Positions 33,401 through 47,313 of a DNA stretch of 64,000 bases are shown piece after piece. Position 1 is the stretch's first letter, and each line of letters begins with the position of its first letter. Both the position numbers and the translations under genes were made by a program. This DNA comes from Ascidiella aspersa (taxonomy: Eukaryota): NCBI GenBank assembly GCA_963924565.1, contig OZ004611.1, positions 2,604,001-2,668,000 of the forward strand, given 5' to 3'. The notes under the pieces were generated by a model. The model saw nothing but the letters and a program-made list of their open reading frames with translations, was not told the origin of the DNA and ran no database searches.

Positions 33401-34422
33401 CTATTTGACGAGTATTTGACCGCTCAATTGACCGGATTTTATTTGACTGGTCAAATGCCCACCCCTGCATTAACATAAATAGCCGTGTTTTTATTTCTAG
33501 CTTTTTCGAATGTAGCAATTCCTATTCTGATATGATGAAGGAGCTCAAAAATTAATTATAACTCAAAATTTAAAAGTTTAAATCTCGTATGCGTTGAAAA
33601 GCTGTGAGGCTTCAAGAGCCAGAAATATTTCTTGGAAGCAGTTTACGATTAAAGTGAGAACGTATAATTTGGACCAATCAACTGCGAACAAAAGCTTTAA
33701 AACTGATTTTTTCTGTTTAGGTCACTTAAATTGTTTGCTTTTGTTTTTAAAGACCAACCTGAGTTTTTCTAAAATATTGCGCATCGTTCATATTATTTAA
33801 AAATAAAATAAACTGATGTCAGGTGTTCTTACACGTTAAACGCAAATTTTTGTTTTTGTCACTGTTAGTCGCAGGTAAGGCGTCCCGTCGTTGAAATATT
33901 TGCGCCAAGGTAGGATTTTGTACGAATTAAATCAAAGTCTTAATAGCAAATTCGGGCTGCGGAATCGGAGATGGGCTCGGGACTAGAGACTCGATTAGAC
34001 TAAACGTTTTCCACCACTAATATATGTCAACGCAAATAGTTTATCACTGTGGCTTATGTTTTTCAATATTTACCTGTGCAAGTCACTGAGGTTGGTGTCA
34101 GGGTGGTTCCGGTGCACGACAATGAGGCAGCAGACGCATCGAACCCGGCTGTGCAGGTGAAAGCTGTTGTCGCACCGGCACCGCGGAGTAGCTACGCCAT
34201 ACGTTCCTTCGGTCACAGCCACAAGATCACATTGAGCTGCAAACAAATCCGCAAAATGTCAAATTGATACATGATATCAGAGCAGGGTTATGACTTCGGT
34301 CGCTTTACACAAACATAGATCACTTTCGATTAAGTTTCAGCATGAAATTGTTTTGAATAAGACTCACCTTCAGCGCGGTAAGCGACAGCGAGCAGACAAA
34401 ATGCCAACAACTGGAAGTTCAT
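30490..34422 (-). pseudogene. Gene D: CCP-GPI paralogue with a frameshifted first CCP exon and two partly deleted exons (about 235 aa, 3 CCP, if the damaged exons are skipped)
   Basis: Exons 34422-34368 (signal), 34236-34074 (Q-type, 163 nt versus 165), remnant 33022-33001, 32911-32735 and 32225-32049 (two intact T-type), half exon 31718-31640, 31563-31348 (J-type), 30572-30490 (GPI and TAG). Confidence 0.8.
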
Positions 34423-34684
34423 TCTGATTGGAAAATGGCGTTAGCTCTGTAATTGTTAAAAATGAAGTTTAAATTCTAATAAGAATAACCAATAAAATTA
34501 ATTGTAATAATTACAATGCATTTCCAACGAGCTTACCTTTTCGAAATCAAACAGATGTTTCTGTATGAAAGTTCTTCAAAAGTGAAGTTACAGCAATGGC
34601 GAATCGACTTATAAGATCGGGGAACAAAAAAACAACGTTCGATTTCAACGGAAACGACTTTGCTTAAAGAGAGACACGGTGAAG

Positions 34685-34691
34685 TTTTATA
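34685..34691 (-). promoter_or_regulatory. Putative TATA box of gene D (type-I promoter)
   Basis: TATAAAA in a block homologous to the A and B promoters. Confidence 0.5.
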
Positions 34692-36708
34692 AGCAGAAGA
34701 CTGAATGCACGTCGTGATTGGGATATCAAGTTGCAAGCTGCGCTGTTCCATTAGGTTTGACGATGTTGCAACATTTCTTCAATCTATTATATTGTTCCTC
34801 AAGCAACGACGACTATATACACTTAACACATTGCCACCCTTTTGTATTTTAAAAACAAAAAACGAACTCCGGCAGTAGTTTCGCTTACCGAGTTACGCCA
34901 GGTGTTAGTTAAAATGTTGTTGTGGCCTGATTCTAACCATTTAGGTCGTATTCCGAAGTGTGTATGCCGATGTTAATGTTGTTCTTTTTCGGTTTTATAG
35001 CGGGAGTCCACACAGGATTACTAAAGTTGACTCTATTGTCTGGTTAATAGTAGATCTACTATAAAAAAATTATAGGTTTCAAATAATATTAATATTTTAA
35101 CGAGTTTAAGAGTTATTTGTTTTTTTTATCGTTTTTAATTGTTTTAAATCTCTCTTAAAAATAATGGCAGTTATATACTAACTTAGAAAAAATAATAAAA
35201 ATATACGTTTATATAGTAAAAGTTGAGAAAAAATATAGTTTGAAGGGCATGCAGTAAAACTGTTTTTAAAAATCAAGCTATTTTTTAAAGCTTTACAAGC
35301 ATCACAAACAGTAAATCCAATATGTCCACTATTTAGTCTCTTTTAAATGGTTGCAACACGTTATGCGTATAAAAGTATAGAAGGATATTGAATGCAGTTT
35401 AGACGCCGCAGCAAAACTGGAAGGCTGGTCGGCTATAGTAGAAAACATAAAAATATTATTTGTCTAATTCTAAATAGTGTAATCAAGTGGCATTATGGTG
35501 TCCATATATATTGGGGAAAACCTGAGCCACTTTTTCATCTTACAACTGTAACTTTTGCGTTTGTAGACCGTTGTGATCGATAATAATTGGACAAATGATG
35601 CCCAACAGCTTTAGGTTTAATGGGTTGAAGTTTTAAATGGTTTACATTGAAAGCCTTTAACTGAGAACCTGATAAGTCGGGGTCTTTGAAATGGCCCAAG
35701 AGACCGTCGCAGTCGGGTCGGTTGAACCACGAAGGGACCCTTGAGACACGTTATTTTGACGCTAATTTTTCTTGAAAAACAAAGTCAAACAGCACATTGC
35801 TTTAAAATCTTATACTTAACAAACGAAAAACAGCATTTCAAATAACAGTATTTTCATTTGAAAGCAGCATCGGTATTACGACTTAGAAAAATAAATAGAC
35901 AATAATTATCCTCAATTGAGGACTCAACAAATCCGTTTTTATTATCCTTACTTTAGATAAAAATTCGTGATATCGGTGCACATTTGTCGTTAACAAATGA
36001 ACGTACACAATAATTCACACTTATATTACACACAGCTGCACAACTATAAATTTTGGAAGTGGGAAAAGCTGCTATTATTCTTAACTTTCGGAGTTTTCAA
36101 TTGCAATTCGGAGTTTTCAATTAAATATCACTTATAGAAAATAGTAAAGCGTGTTGATGGTCGTCCAAAGCACGAAAACTTTTTTAGTTTAATTGGCGCT
36201 AAACTGTAAATTCAGGAGGCTTTTCGCATTGACCACACAACAAATTGCTCGTGCTCGACACTTTGATTTAAACACACTAGCTTTATAAAATGTACACCTT
36301 TGTTCAGCTACGGTAGGTATGAAATCACAAAGGATCATTTAAGAATTTTTTTTTTAATCACAATAAGGTTCCTTTAGGTTCCTTGTCAAAGTTTGTAAAT
36401 GCTTCAAAAAGAAAATAATGGATAAAACTCAATGATCAGACCAATAAATAAACTGAACAGCTAAATTTATTCAAACATAGCCATTTGGAACAAATTACTA
36501 TGGTAATAATACACGTCATAAGTCCCTATTGTGACAGTGTCGGTACTCCTCTATTGTGTTAAATTTTCTTATCCGTTTAGGCTTGTGTCTTTAACGTATA
36601 TTGTAATGATATAAAATTGGGTCAACAGAGTTTGCTTCTGCTAGGAATCTTATTGATTTATGTTTATTATTAGCATTCTCGATAGCAAGCTTCATAAAAC
36701 CTGTTGTA

Positions 36709-38782
36709 GATAGATAGATAGATTTAAATTTATTTCGGAACAACGGTACCATGCATGCAAAATTTGAAATAATAAAGAAGCGTCCGTAGTTCCCAGGGGG
36801 CGGCGAAAGACTGTTAAGTCATCTAGTCAGCTGCCCCCTGGCTGTGATTCAATTCAAGTTCATTATTTTTTCATATAAAAGAAAGCAATACGAATTAAGA
36901 TAGGCTACAACAAAAAGGCTATTCGTAAATACAAAACCAAATACATTATATTAAACACAATTAGCTTTACATTTGAAAACTTGTTAAACATTTTACTGTT
37001 ACGCAGCGAGCCTACTGTGGAAGGATAGTTAAATAATTTAAATAGATGTGAAACTGTTTCGGCACAACAGTATATAGGCCTATATGCAAAAACTAAAAAA
37101 CCATCCGTAGATTTCAGGGAACGGCTAAGCATATTTACAAGGAAAAAGAAAAGTAAACGAAACAAGATATATTACAAAAAGAACTGTTCGTAAGTACATG
37201 ATTAACCGAAAATATAAAACAAAATACATTATATTAGACACAATTAGAGTTACATTTGGAAACTTAATTGACAGTTTACTTCTAAGCCGGCGCCCCCATT
37301 GTAAATAAATGCTATGACTTATAATAATCATTGATGCAGAACTGATTGCACGCTGTATTTTTTATCTAAAATTTCAACTCGTGTTTTTTTTCTTATCTAA
37401 AATACTTCATTATTACCCCTGTTTCGCAGATTAGCCAATTTTACCTTTTTAATTGCCTAGGGTTTGTTTTGATTTTGTGTTTACGTTCCCTCGTGGTAAA
37501 AGTTCAACAACATTAGTTTAATTGCCTTAACAAATGACTTGTATGGTAATAGTTTAATATTTATATCTAAATTCTCCCAATATTTTGGCCCTAAAAATCC
37601 TATGGTTTTTCTTCCTGAGTTGGTGGAGGCGCCGACTTGAAAATAGTTTTGTTTATCCCGCAGCCTTGTATTATGGGAATGTAAGTTTTCTAGGGGGGCC
37701 ATCAAATTTGCCAATGTTTCTGGTAATTTGTTGTTTTTAAAGTTATGAATTATTTGCAATATTTCCAATTTGGTTAGGTCGTGCAATTTTAAAATTGAGT
37801 GGTTATGATATAATGGAAGTAATCTTGTTTTAGGAGGGGTGCCGCTTAAAATTTGGATTGCCCTATTCTGTAGTACTTCAAGATGTTTTAATTTAGTTGG
37901 ATAAGCTCTACCCCAGGTTACAACACAATATCGAAGATGAGTATTGATTAAGCTATAATACAAAAGGCGAAGTGCATGAGTGTCCAAATAGTATTTCATT
38001 TTTGATAAAGAGTCCAATTCCCCTAGATATCTTTTGTTCAATCATTTTAATATGAGGTATCCATGACAATTTATCATCTATGATGAAGCCTAAATATTTC
38101 GCTGAATTTACCTGTTTCAGTTTATTATCCCTTATTTTAATACTGAATTGATTTTCTATTTCCAAATTTGAATTGGTTACCAAGTAATGTGTTTTAGAAT
38201 GATTAATTGATAATTTATTAGCCCGAAACCAGTGGTCAATTTTTTCTATATCTATTTGAATTATTTTTTGAAGCTGTTTTATGTCTTTGTTAGAAGAGTA
38301 AATGACAGTATCATCTGCGTATAAACTACAATTTATATTTGAGTTTATTGGTAAGTCATTAATGTAAATTTGAAACAGGAGAGGTGCTAATATACAACCT
38401 TGTGGGACACCGCATACAGGCATCGACGGATTAGAAAGAGTTTTTCCTACTTTTGTACTATGCTTCCTTTGCCTTAAAAAATTTTCTATTAGTTTGAAGG
38501 GTGGGCCTCTGATACCATAATGATTTAGTTTTTTAAGTAATATTTGGTTGTCTATGGTATCAAAGGCCTTGGCTAAATCAAGAAAAACTACACAACTATA
38601 TCTGTGGTTTTCTTGGTTATTTAATAGGTTTTCATATAATTCTGTTGTGGCAAGTGAGGTTGAGTGATATTTCCTAAATCCGTGTTGATGTTTACTAATA
38701 GTTTTATGTTTTACAAAAATTTTTAGAAGTTGATGGTGCATTACTTTTTCAAATATTTTTCCAAAAATAGGTGTAACCGCTA
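36709..38782 (-). mobile_element. 5'-truncated non-LTR retrotransposon (CR1/L2/Jockey-group LINE)
   Basis: RT ORF remnants; 3' UTR with a GC stem-loop at 36793-36841; (TATC)n tail at about 36709-36723; possible TTGTA TSD; absent from the paralogous site (about 27410). Confidence 0.9.
37481..38780 (-). pseudogene. LINE reverse transcriptase ORF2 C-terminal part, frameshifted near 38000
   Basis: Motifs QHGFR, FLDLAKAFD, GVPQG, YADD and KYLG in ORF 37953-38741, continuing in another frame in 37481-38041. Confidence 0.9.
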
Positions 38783-39226
38783 TTGTAAATGTGCCACATT
38801 ATTTTTTGGGGACCTTACGTACTTTACGTACGTAGAAAGAAACGCAAAGAAAATGAAAAAATAAAAAGGTACCGTCTACAAATTATCCTGATTATAAATT
38901 CTACCGCAACGCACATTATGTGGGTTAGGGTGCTAGTTTGGGTTTGGTGGAACAAGCAATATTGTTTGTAATAAATATAATGATACTTGATTTCACGAAA
39001 AAAACGAAGGCTTGGTAAAGTTTGTACCAAATTTGGATTTTTTTAGCTTTTTTAGATAAGTTTGGCTTTTTTATTTTGCATCTGGCAGCCCTGTGCAGGA
39101 GCAGAACTTTTGCTTCACCTGCTTTCATAGGTGGGCTTCGTCACACGCTTCACACAGTCGGTTAATTCGGTCGCGGTTGGGTGGTTAGCGCGTTGTTGTG
39201 TCTGCCTCGCGAGTCGCCCTATTGAA

Positions 39227-40431
39227 CTCCAGCCATAAGACCGAGATAAGAACATCATCAACGTCAGATTAAAACACAATTCGGAATAAAACCAAAATAG
39301 GACTAATACCTAATGTTTTTAGTACAGTCTAAATAGATATAAGTCCTAAATCCGTCGGCATAACACTTAAAAGGTCAGAATCAGGCCCAAACAACACTTT
39401 AACTAACCCCTAACCCACCCCTAAGTACATCACTAACTCCCTAATAATTTTAACGCTAACCCATTTTGTAACCCCACCTATTACCCACCAATAACCCGAA
39501 ACAGGACCAAAAAAATCCGGTGCCAAAACAGGGGCGCCCTGACGGCGCCGGTCAGACTAGGGCGTCCAAACTTAGTCAGTAAAACGGCCGATGCCAGATC
39601 GATGGCCCCTGAACGTCCCATACCCTTTACCGACAGGTTCGGGGGTTATTTTGGTTTTTAGACCTTCTTCCGATGAATTTAGGCCTTATATCGGTGGATT
39701 TAGGACTTATTACGATGAATTTAGGACTAATTCCGATAATGTTAAGCCTTATTCCAATGAATTTAGGCCTTTTTTCGAGAGATTTAGGTCTTATTCAGAC
39801 TATTTTGTTCTTATGGTGTGCTGAATATTACTGCGTATTTGGCAGTAATATGTCGTTGGTCTTAATAATATGGTTTTATAGTTTATTCTGCTTTACGTTT
39901 TGTTGCTTTTTAGGTCTTATTGTGTTTTCCCAAAATCATACACAGTTCATAAGACCAAAATAGTACTAATACATAATGGTCGTTTAAATCTGAATAAGTC
40001 CTAAATTGACAAAATAAGGCATAAACAACACTTTAAATACCCCCAAACCCCATCCCTAAGTACATCACTAACTCTCTAAATAGTTTCAACCTAAAACAGA
40101 GACGCCCTGACGACGCCGGTCAGACTAGGCCCTAGGGCGTCCAAACGTAGTCACCAAACGGCTGATACCAAACTGTCGACCCCCAATTGTCTCATGCCCT
40201 TTAAATACAGTTTCAGGCGTTATTTTGGACATTTAGGCTATATTCGGATAATTATAAGGCTTATTTCGGCAGATTTAGGTATTATTCAGACGATTTCGAT
40301 ATTATGCTGTACAGGATATTACTGCATATTTGGCTATATTATTATTATTATGTAGTTGGTCTTAATACCATGGTTTTATAATATAATTCTTCTTTAGGTA
40401 TTGTTGCTTTTTGGTTCTTATTATGTGTTCC
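39227..40431. mobile_element. Non-coding foldback/Mutator-like insertion
   Basis: Flanked by an 11-12-bp duplication CGCCCTATTGAA (39215-39226 and 40432-40443). Absent at the paralogous site (about 28945). Contains internal tandem subrepeats of about 21-22 bp (39670-39800) and an internal duplication. Confidence 0.7.
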
Positions 40432-43400
40432 CGCCCTATTGAAGCGAGGCGTAACAACAGAGCGGCGTGACTCGGAGACGAAAAAAAGGGACAAGGGAAA
40501 AAAGGAAAATAGGCAGGCCAGTAATTGAGTGTTTTGTAAATAGATAGTTATCGATTTCTTCAATTAGATTCGAAATACCAAATTCCCATGAAAACGATTT
40601 CAACTAGAGTTATGCTACATTTAGTTATTCACAATCAATTTAATTTAAATCGAAATTGACTGTAAAAAGAATGTAATTGTAAATATACGTGTCCCAATTT
40701 TTATGCATTTTAGCATATCATTTGCTTTTCAGACTGTAAAAATTAAGTCGTTCCAACCAGAGTTTTCATTCAAAATCTTTGCTTTCACTTGGAGACTAAA
40801 AATGCCGTATGAAAATGTAGCATTTTTGTAAAGTCCGTATTAGATTAGAACTAGAATTGGAGCACACAATCAATTCACAATGAACATTGAAATTTTACAC
40901 AAGCAATTTATTAATATCCACATTTCGCTGTAATTAATGCAATTAAACGATAAGTATCTAGTTGTCATTTTTTTTAATTTACCAAACGGAAAAAATCTCC
41001 TAAACATCAAGAAGGCTGTTTGTAATGTTAGTCGCTGTCCTACATGAACTTAAACCGCTGGTTGTCATTTTGCTGTTATCATACAAATAGTCAGCACTTT
41101 TAACACCAAAATTTTGCTTTGTTTAAAAGTAATATGGATTTGTTTGAAACTTTTTGGTTAAGCAGAGCCCTTTATTTTGGCTGTGTGAAGAGTTCCATCT
41201 CGCTGTTTGTAAGAAGCCGTTGGACAATGTAGAATTTTTTTACTGTAAAAATTACCAATGCCTTTCCGACCAAAATTTGGATTCAAATTCGTTTCTGACT
41301 GAACGATTAAAAATGCCGTTGGACAAAGTAGCATTTTTGGTAAAATCCGAATTAGATTAAAACTAGAATCGAAGCACACAAGCTATTCACAAACTATAGA
41401 TTGGAATTTCACACAAGCAATTCACTAATAATAAAATCAGCATTTCGCTCGAATTAGTTCAATTATGAAACTTGAAGTATGTAGTTGACCAATTTTTTTT
41501 TTACGTTTTTTTATCTAGCTAAAAGGAAGTAAAAAAAGTAAGTGTAAAATAAACGGTAACAAGTCTGCTTGTGTCTCTACCTATTGCGTCATGCCCTTTT
41601 TCGGGCGAGGCGTAACCACAGCAGAATGGCGTAACGTGAAAAAAGGGGCCAGGGGAAAAAGGAAAAAAGGCGGACAAGTCTAGTGGGGTGGGGTGGGGGT
41701 GGGGGCTGAAGTACGCCAGCCTTCTTCGCGCTGAAGCAATCACGTGCCACAGCATGCCACCAAACTGTAAATGAAAACCGGGAACAAGCGTCCGACGCCA
41801 CCCGCATGGCAACCCGTACACAATAACCGGGGCACTGTTGTTTATCTACCAGGGCAACTGTTGCTGTTTAGGCCAAACAGTCTTTCGACGCGAACAAACC
41901 CGCCGCGTCGCAAAAACAATGTCCACGCGGCGTGCTGCGATTCTGTTCCGCGTCGTTTTCCAGTGGTGGCCTGTCTCGTGAGCCTTTTGTGTTGGACACC
42001 TATAACAATGAAAGGTGGTCTCCGTCGAACGAAATACCGCGGAACTCGTTTTGTCAGCGTAACGTTTTATCTTAATAGGGTAATTAGGTGGCATTGTTGT
42101 GTAACGACAAATTGTATTCAAATCTTGACATGCTTTGGCACAACCGTGCTTCATCAGGCCAATGTAGTCGTCACCTGTAACAACTGAAGGTGATCTCGGT
42201 CAAACGAAATTCCTCGAGACAGCTATCCAATCATAGGAGTGTCATATAATTCGTCCACCCCAAATACATGGTTGGAAAATATATTTCGCGATATGTGCTA
42301 TTCCGTTTTTACAGTTTACAGTTTGCAATCTACATGTTAACTTAACTTTTTATATTTTTAGGGTAATCAGGTGTCACTACTGTATAACGAAAAATTGTAT
42401 TGATTTTCGAGTAGCTGTCGTACAACCGTGCCGTAATCAGGCCAAAGTAGAAAATATAACGAAAAATTGTATTGAAATCTTGACAAGCTTTCGCGCAACC
42501 ATGCTTTATCAGGTCCAAATATTAAACAAATATAAAGACAAATAATTAAAATTTGCCAAGCTTTCGCGCAACCGTGCTTTATCAGGTCAAAGTAGAAAAA
42601 CAGACAAATACGGCATTTATAAGGATGTTATCTTAATGTTTGTCATCAAGGCTTCATGATCAGCCGAGAAGTTTGAACTTGATTGTGTGTACGTCACCTA
42701 TAATAATAGAACGTGGTCTCCATCGATCAAAATTCCTCGGAACCTCTGTTTTGTCAATTCAACTCTGTATCTTACTGTTTGTCATCATCATTTCATGATC
42801 AGCCGATTCATTTGAATTTAATTGTGTTTGGATTGTGCCGATGACTTGACAAAATGTATCCAAACTGTTGTCGAATAACTTTATTTCTCACCAAGGCAAC
42901 GGTTGCTGTTTTCTGCCTAACAGTCTTTTAACTGTAACAAAAACCCGATGAGGTGTATAAACAATACTTTGGCGTGGCGTGTGATAAAATTACCGGTCGC
43001 TATACAAATTATGTTTGTTGCGCTAAAAATACTGTTCTCTACTTAACGGCCAGTTGGATGGCTGAACGCTACACGAGGCTGATGATTAATTAACTGTATT
43101 AAATTCAGCATAAAGCCATGCTAAATAACATAGGCGAAAACGGTATGCGGCCAGCGACACAAAAGGGCTCTAACGTTTAGTGTCAATTTCGAATTTTTGT
43201 GCAACGAAGTTCTAGGAACGCATTTGTTTCAAACGTAACTTTTTTACATTGCTAAATGTTTGTCATTAAAATGCTGCTTATCGCTGAAAGAACTTGTTGA
43301 AAGACACTTTGTTGAATCTCCCATTAAAGCACGCGTCTTCTGCCCAGTATCAAACGAGTACTAAAAACGGAAAAAAAGTTAAGCGGTGGCACAAAAGCGT

Positions 43401-44703
43401 ATGACTGGTTACCTTTAAGCCCACAACAGTGTTTTTCAAGCGTGGGTCACGACCCAAATTAGGGTAGCCCTTTGACTTGGTTGGGTCGCCAACTAAGCTA
43501 GTTTTTAGATCGATTTAAAATTGTTTTTAGAAATATAGTTCAAAAATACTTTGAGAAAATTGCCAATACAACAACGAACACACGTGACTCATGTTAATCA
43601 AATTCGAACATTTTAACGCTAAGTTATTTGTTTGCTTATTTCGCTTACAAAAAGATAGAAAAATTTTGTCAATGTAAAGAAAATTGTGTCTTCAAAGCTC
43701 CGCTGTTATACTTTTACTATTTGGGTCTTCACGTAAAAGGTTTAGAAACACTACTCTACAACAAAGACCCGTACATGGATCAAATTCAATTTTGGAGTTC
43801 TTATATTAATTTTATCACGAAAACTAAATTCGTTCTGCCAGTATTTTTTTCCAACGCTCTGAGTAACTTTTATTTAAATATGTTAACAGTCAAAAAGATA
43901 CATTTTCACAGCAGTGTAGTCGTTGTCTTTACTGCCTATGGTTGAAACAAGGTTTCAAACGCCAACCAACAAACCCACATACATGTTTGTAGTTTTTTTT
44001 TAAAGTGGAAAAAAGGTTAGCTATGACCCTTTTTAAATGGGATACATGAAGCCCTCGGAAATGTATAAAATGAATTAAGTCTGGCGATATTTAACAAGAT
44101 TTTAACTCGAAAATAGAATTTCACAGGTGTGTAGTCTTTGTAAGATTCTCAAGCAGGCTTGGGAAGCTTACCCGTCAGTCTTTTGTGCCGGGGTTGGTGC
44201 TGTAGTGACTGACTTTTGATTGCGACACGATTTTGCGCAATCTGTGTCGCGAGGCAACCACAGACACCCCCGCAATCTCACGTAACCTAATACTCGAACA
44301 AACAGCGTCTAGCTAACGACTTCGTGTTGTCGCGTCCCAAATCGGGCGACGAGACACAATTGAAAACCCGCCATGAAAGAAAGCTGATACGCGGGCGAAT
44401 CCCGACGTGCTTCCAGGGTCCGCTTTGTTTGTCGAATTTCAAACCTGCCTGCCCGTTATTTTTGTTGCTATGGTCGGCGGTTTTGGATTTTTTCTCACCC
44501 TGTTAGCTCCGGGCACCTTTCAGTCCCCTCTTGTGTCGATTGCCGCTTGTTGAAAGCCTTGGTTCGGTGGATAACTCAACAGTGCTTATCAAACCTTTAC
44601 GCTTGGATTTTCCTTTCCAAACACCAGGAGGAACCATCAATGTTAAAAACGAGCAAATTAAAGTATTCACGCCCTTAGGCCAGTGATTCCCAAAACTATA
44701 AGC

Positions 44704-45005
44704 CAGCGATTCCCAAACTGTGTGCCGCGGCACTAGTGTGCCTTCAGAGATTGTCAAGTGTGCCGCGAAACATTTTATAATTTAGGAAAAGAGAGCATTT
44801 TTAATACCAATAAGCACACAAGCATTTTAGACTGAATTCTGCACGATTTATTAAAATTTTAATAGTTTTGAGACATTTTTGTATAGTTTGTCGTGCATTA
44901 AGGTGTATCGTCAAACTACTCTATTGTTGTTCTGTTAAATATGTGCCGTGAAATAGTTAAGATTTTTTTAGTGTGCCGCGAGCCAAAAGCGTTTGGGAAC
45001 CACTG
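44704..45005. mobile_element. hAT/Charlie-like MITE
   Basis: TIR CAGCGATTCCCAAAC...GTTTGGGAACCACTG; TSD CTATAAGC/TTATAAGC. Confidence 0.8.
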
Positions 45006-45699
45006 TTATAAGCAATCTATTGCATTGTAAATGGCCTTAGTTCATTTAAAACAAATACGAAACTGAAAGAAAGTCTAAGTATATTCGAAGAGAAAAGGCA
45101 TCTTTTCTACTAAACTCGATTAATTTCAAACAAAAATTATCAGACTTGAAACCTATTTCTCTTTTTTTTTCAACACGCTTGTCGCTCATCATACAACGCA
45201 GCAAAGCAGCATTTGCACAGGACCACAGAATTTAAGGGGATGAAATTTCAAAACTATATAGAGTGGCTTGCGGGTTAAGCAATTTCGAATTTCGGTCAAA
45301 CCTATTTCTATTAATACGCATACTTTGCCACTATAACAAACAAGCAACCATCGTGCACATTTAAACAGAAGTTCGAATGAGTCCCACCAGAGGACAAGTC
45401 CTAGCAGAAGAAACCATGGAGACGTGGACAACAGTACACAAAAACAAGGCATAAATTCCAGGTGTAGCGTCGCTTAGGTTACGTAACCGCCAACGGACGG
45501 CTTGCTATTGTTCTTCTTGTTTGTAATCAAGCCCCCTGCGATACACAGGTGGGACAATTCGTTGCTGGCGTCGAAACATTTCGACATTCAGATCGTCTTA
45601 CGAACGCCTGAGGGTTTACAACAATCCTAGAGGTCGTTATCGTGCCCTATAATACAGAACAGAGATCGTGTGATTGGCGGCTAAACTTATCCGCAATGT

Positions 45700-46100
45700 C
45701 AGGGGTTCTTAACTTTTTTGTATGCTTTGTCCTTTTACCGAGCTGGATATCGGATTTGCTCCCAATATATAAAATGGTGCTTATTTATTAAAAAACGAAA
45801 GTAACAAATTACATCAGCTATATTCAGCGCGGCGGCTGCCCTTGCTTTTTTGCAACCACAAATCAAGTATCTATAAGAGATAAGGATGTTTGCCAATAAA
45901 CTAAAAAAGGTATTAATGTACGAAGCATAACGTTACCGACACTTGGTATCACAAGGCTACTAAACTAGCTTCGAATAAGCAATTAATCTGAACTAGGAAA
46001 AATAGGCCACCAATTTCTACAGTTTTTCGGTCTTACTGATGTGGATATTTTGATTGATAGCGCATTTAGCCCCTAAAAAAAGAAATTTACCTCCTGGGGA
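45700..46100. mobile_element. hAT-type MITE, inverted relative of about 47678-48120
   Basis: CAGGGGTTCTTAAC terminus; internal blocks are reverse-complementary to 47880-48119. Confidence 0.6.
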
Positions 46101-47020
46101 TTAGGCAAGGTTTCTCTATAGTTTCGATTGCATAACAAATTAAGTGTTGCCATCATGGTCTAAAGGGTTAAATTGAAAAAAAATGTGCACAAAAAAAATG
46201 TGGAAAGCATTCATTAATGTGGAAAGGTGCCAGGTATACTCTTTATATTGCCATATCGGAAAATTACAATTCTCAATCATCAAATTCCAGACCGTATGTT
46301 TTATTGTGGCCATTCAACATAAAGCAAAAAACATTTCTCATAAAATTACTCTAACCATTTACCATTTGTCAATTAACGTGTTTTGCCTATATCCATTACA
46401 GTGTGCTTTGCTTTAAAATACACCGCAAAACATTTGAAACCATTTTGTTCCTTTTCTTAAACATGACGAAGACATATAAAAAAATCACAATTTTCAATCT
46501 GACTGGCTTAATTCAGGACGGGAAATTCCTGTCGGACCGATTCCGTCGCTATCATTAGCTTGTATGTTAGGCCACGGGACCTACATCATATGCGATGCCA
46601 TATCAACCACAACCGACATGTGAAACAAAAGTACTGCGAGCCGGAGTCGGATTCACGATTCTCATTTGGCGGGCTATAGACGTTTCGAGGGACATCGACA
46701 TATGTTACGCTAAAACGCGTTGTCATAAAACCGTTAGTCCAAAGATTCCTGTTGTTTGTATGGAGCTAACTCGTGCATAAATATGCAGGTAAATTGAGTC
46801 TGATCACGGCAATTGCGAACAATTCTATAATTATTTGTTTTAAATTGGCAAAAGTTTCAATTTAAACGGATATGCTATTCATTAGGCCTATGAAAGAGAT
46901 TTACTGATTGGTCGAAACAGAGGCAATAATAGTGTTATTAAATATAAAATTCACACGTACAGTTTATAAGTGAAACGGCCCAAGATGCCAGCAGAGTATG
47001 CGTGGCGCCTTTGTATAGGT

Positions 47021-47313
47021 CACGGTGGTCCAACTCAAACATGTCGACTTGCCAATTTTGATCTTATAATTCTTCCGTGCCAAAGTTTAGCAACTATAGT
47101 TTCATGCTAAAAATAAAAACATTATACTATCAGAAGTAATTGTTTGTTGTTGTAATTTCTGGGATTGTTTTGTATTGTGAATAAACAATGACAGTAGACT
47201 TTGAAACAAATTTAGCTTTTTGACAATTGGTTGTATTTTTTGGGGCTTGCGTGCCATTTTTTATTAGGTCGCGTGCCACATTTGGCACACATGTGTCATG
47301 TTGGACACCCCTG
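47021..47313. mobile_element. hAT-type MITE
   Basis: Imperfect TIR CACGGTGGTCCAAC/GTTGGACACCCCTG; perfect 8-bp TSD GTATAGGT. Confidence 0.8.

Noticed and set aside
45059-45069. ISRE/IRF-like GAAACTGAAAG in the divergent intergenic region
   Set aside because: A single short A-rich match, far from the start sites and expected by chance.
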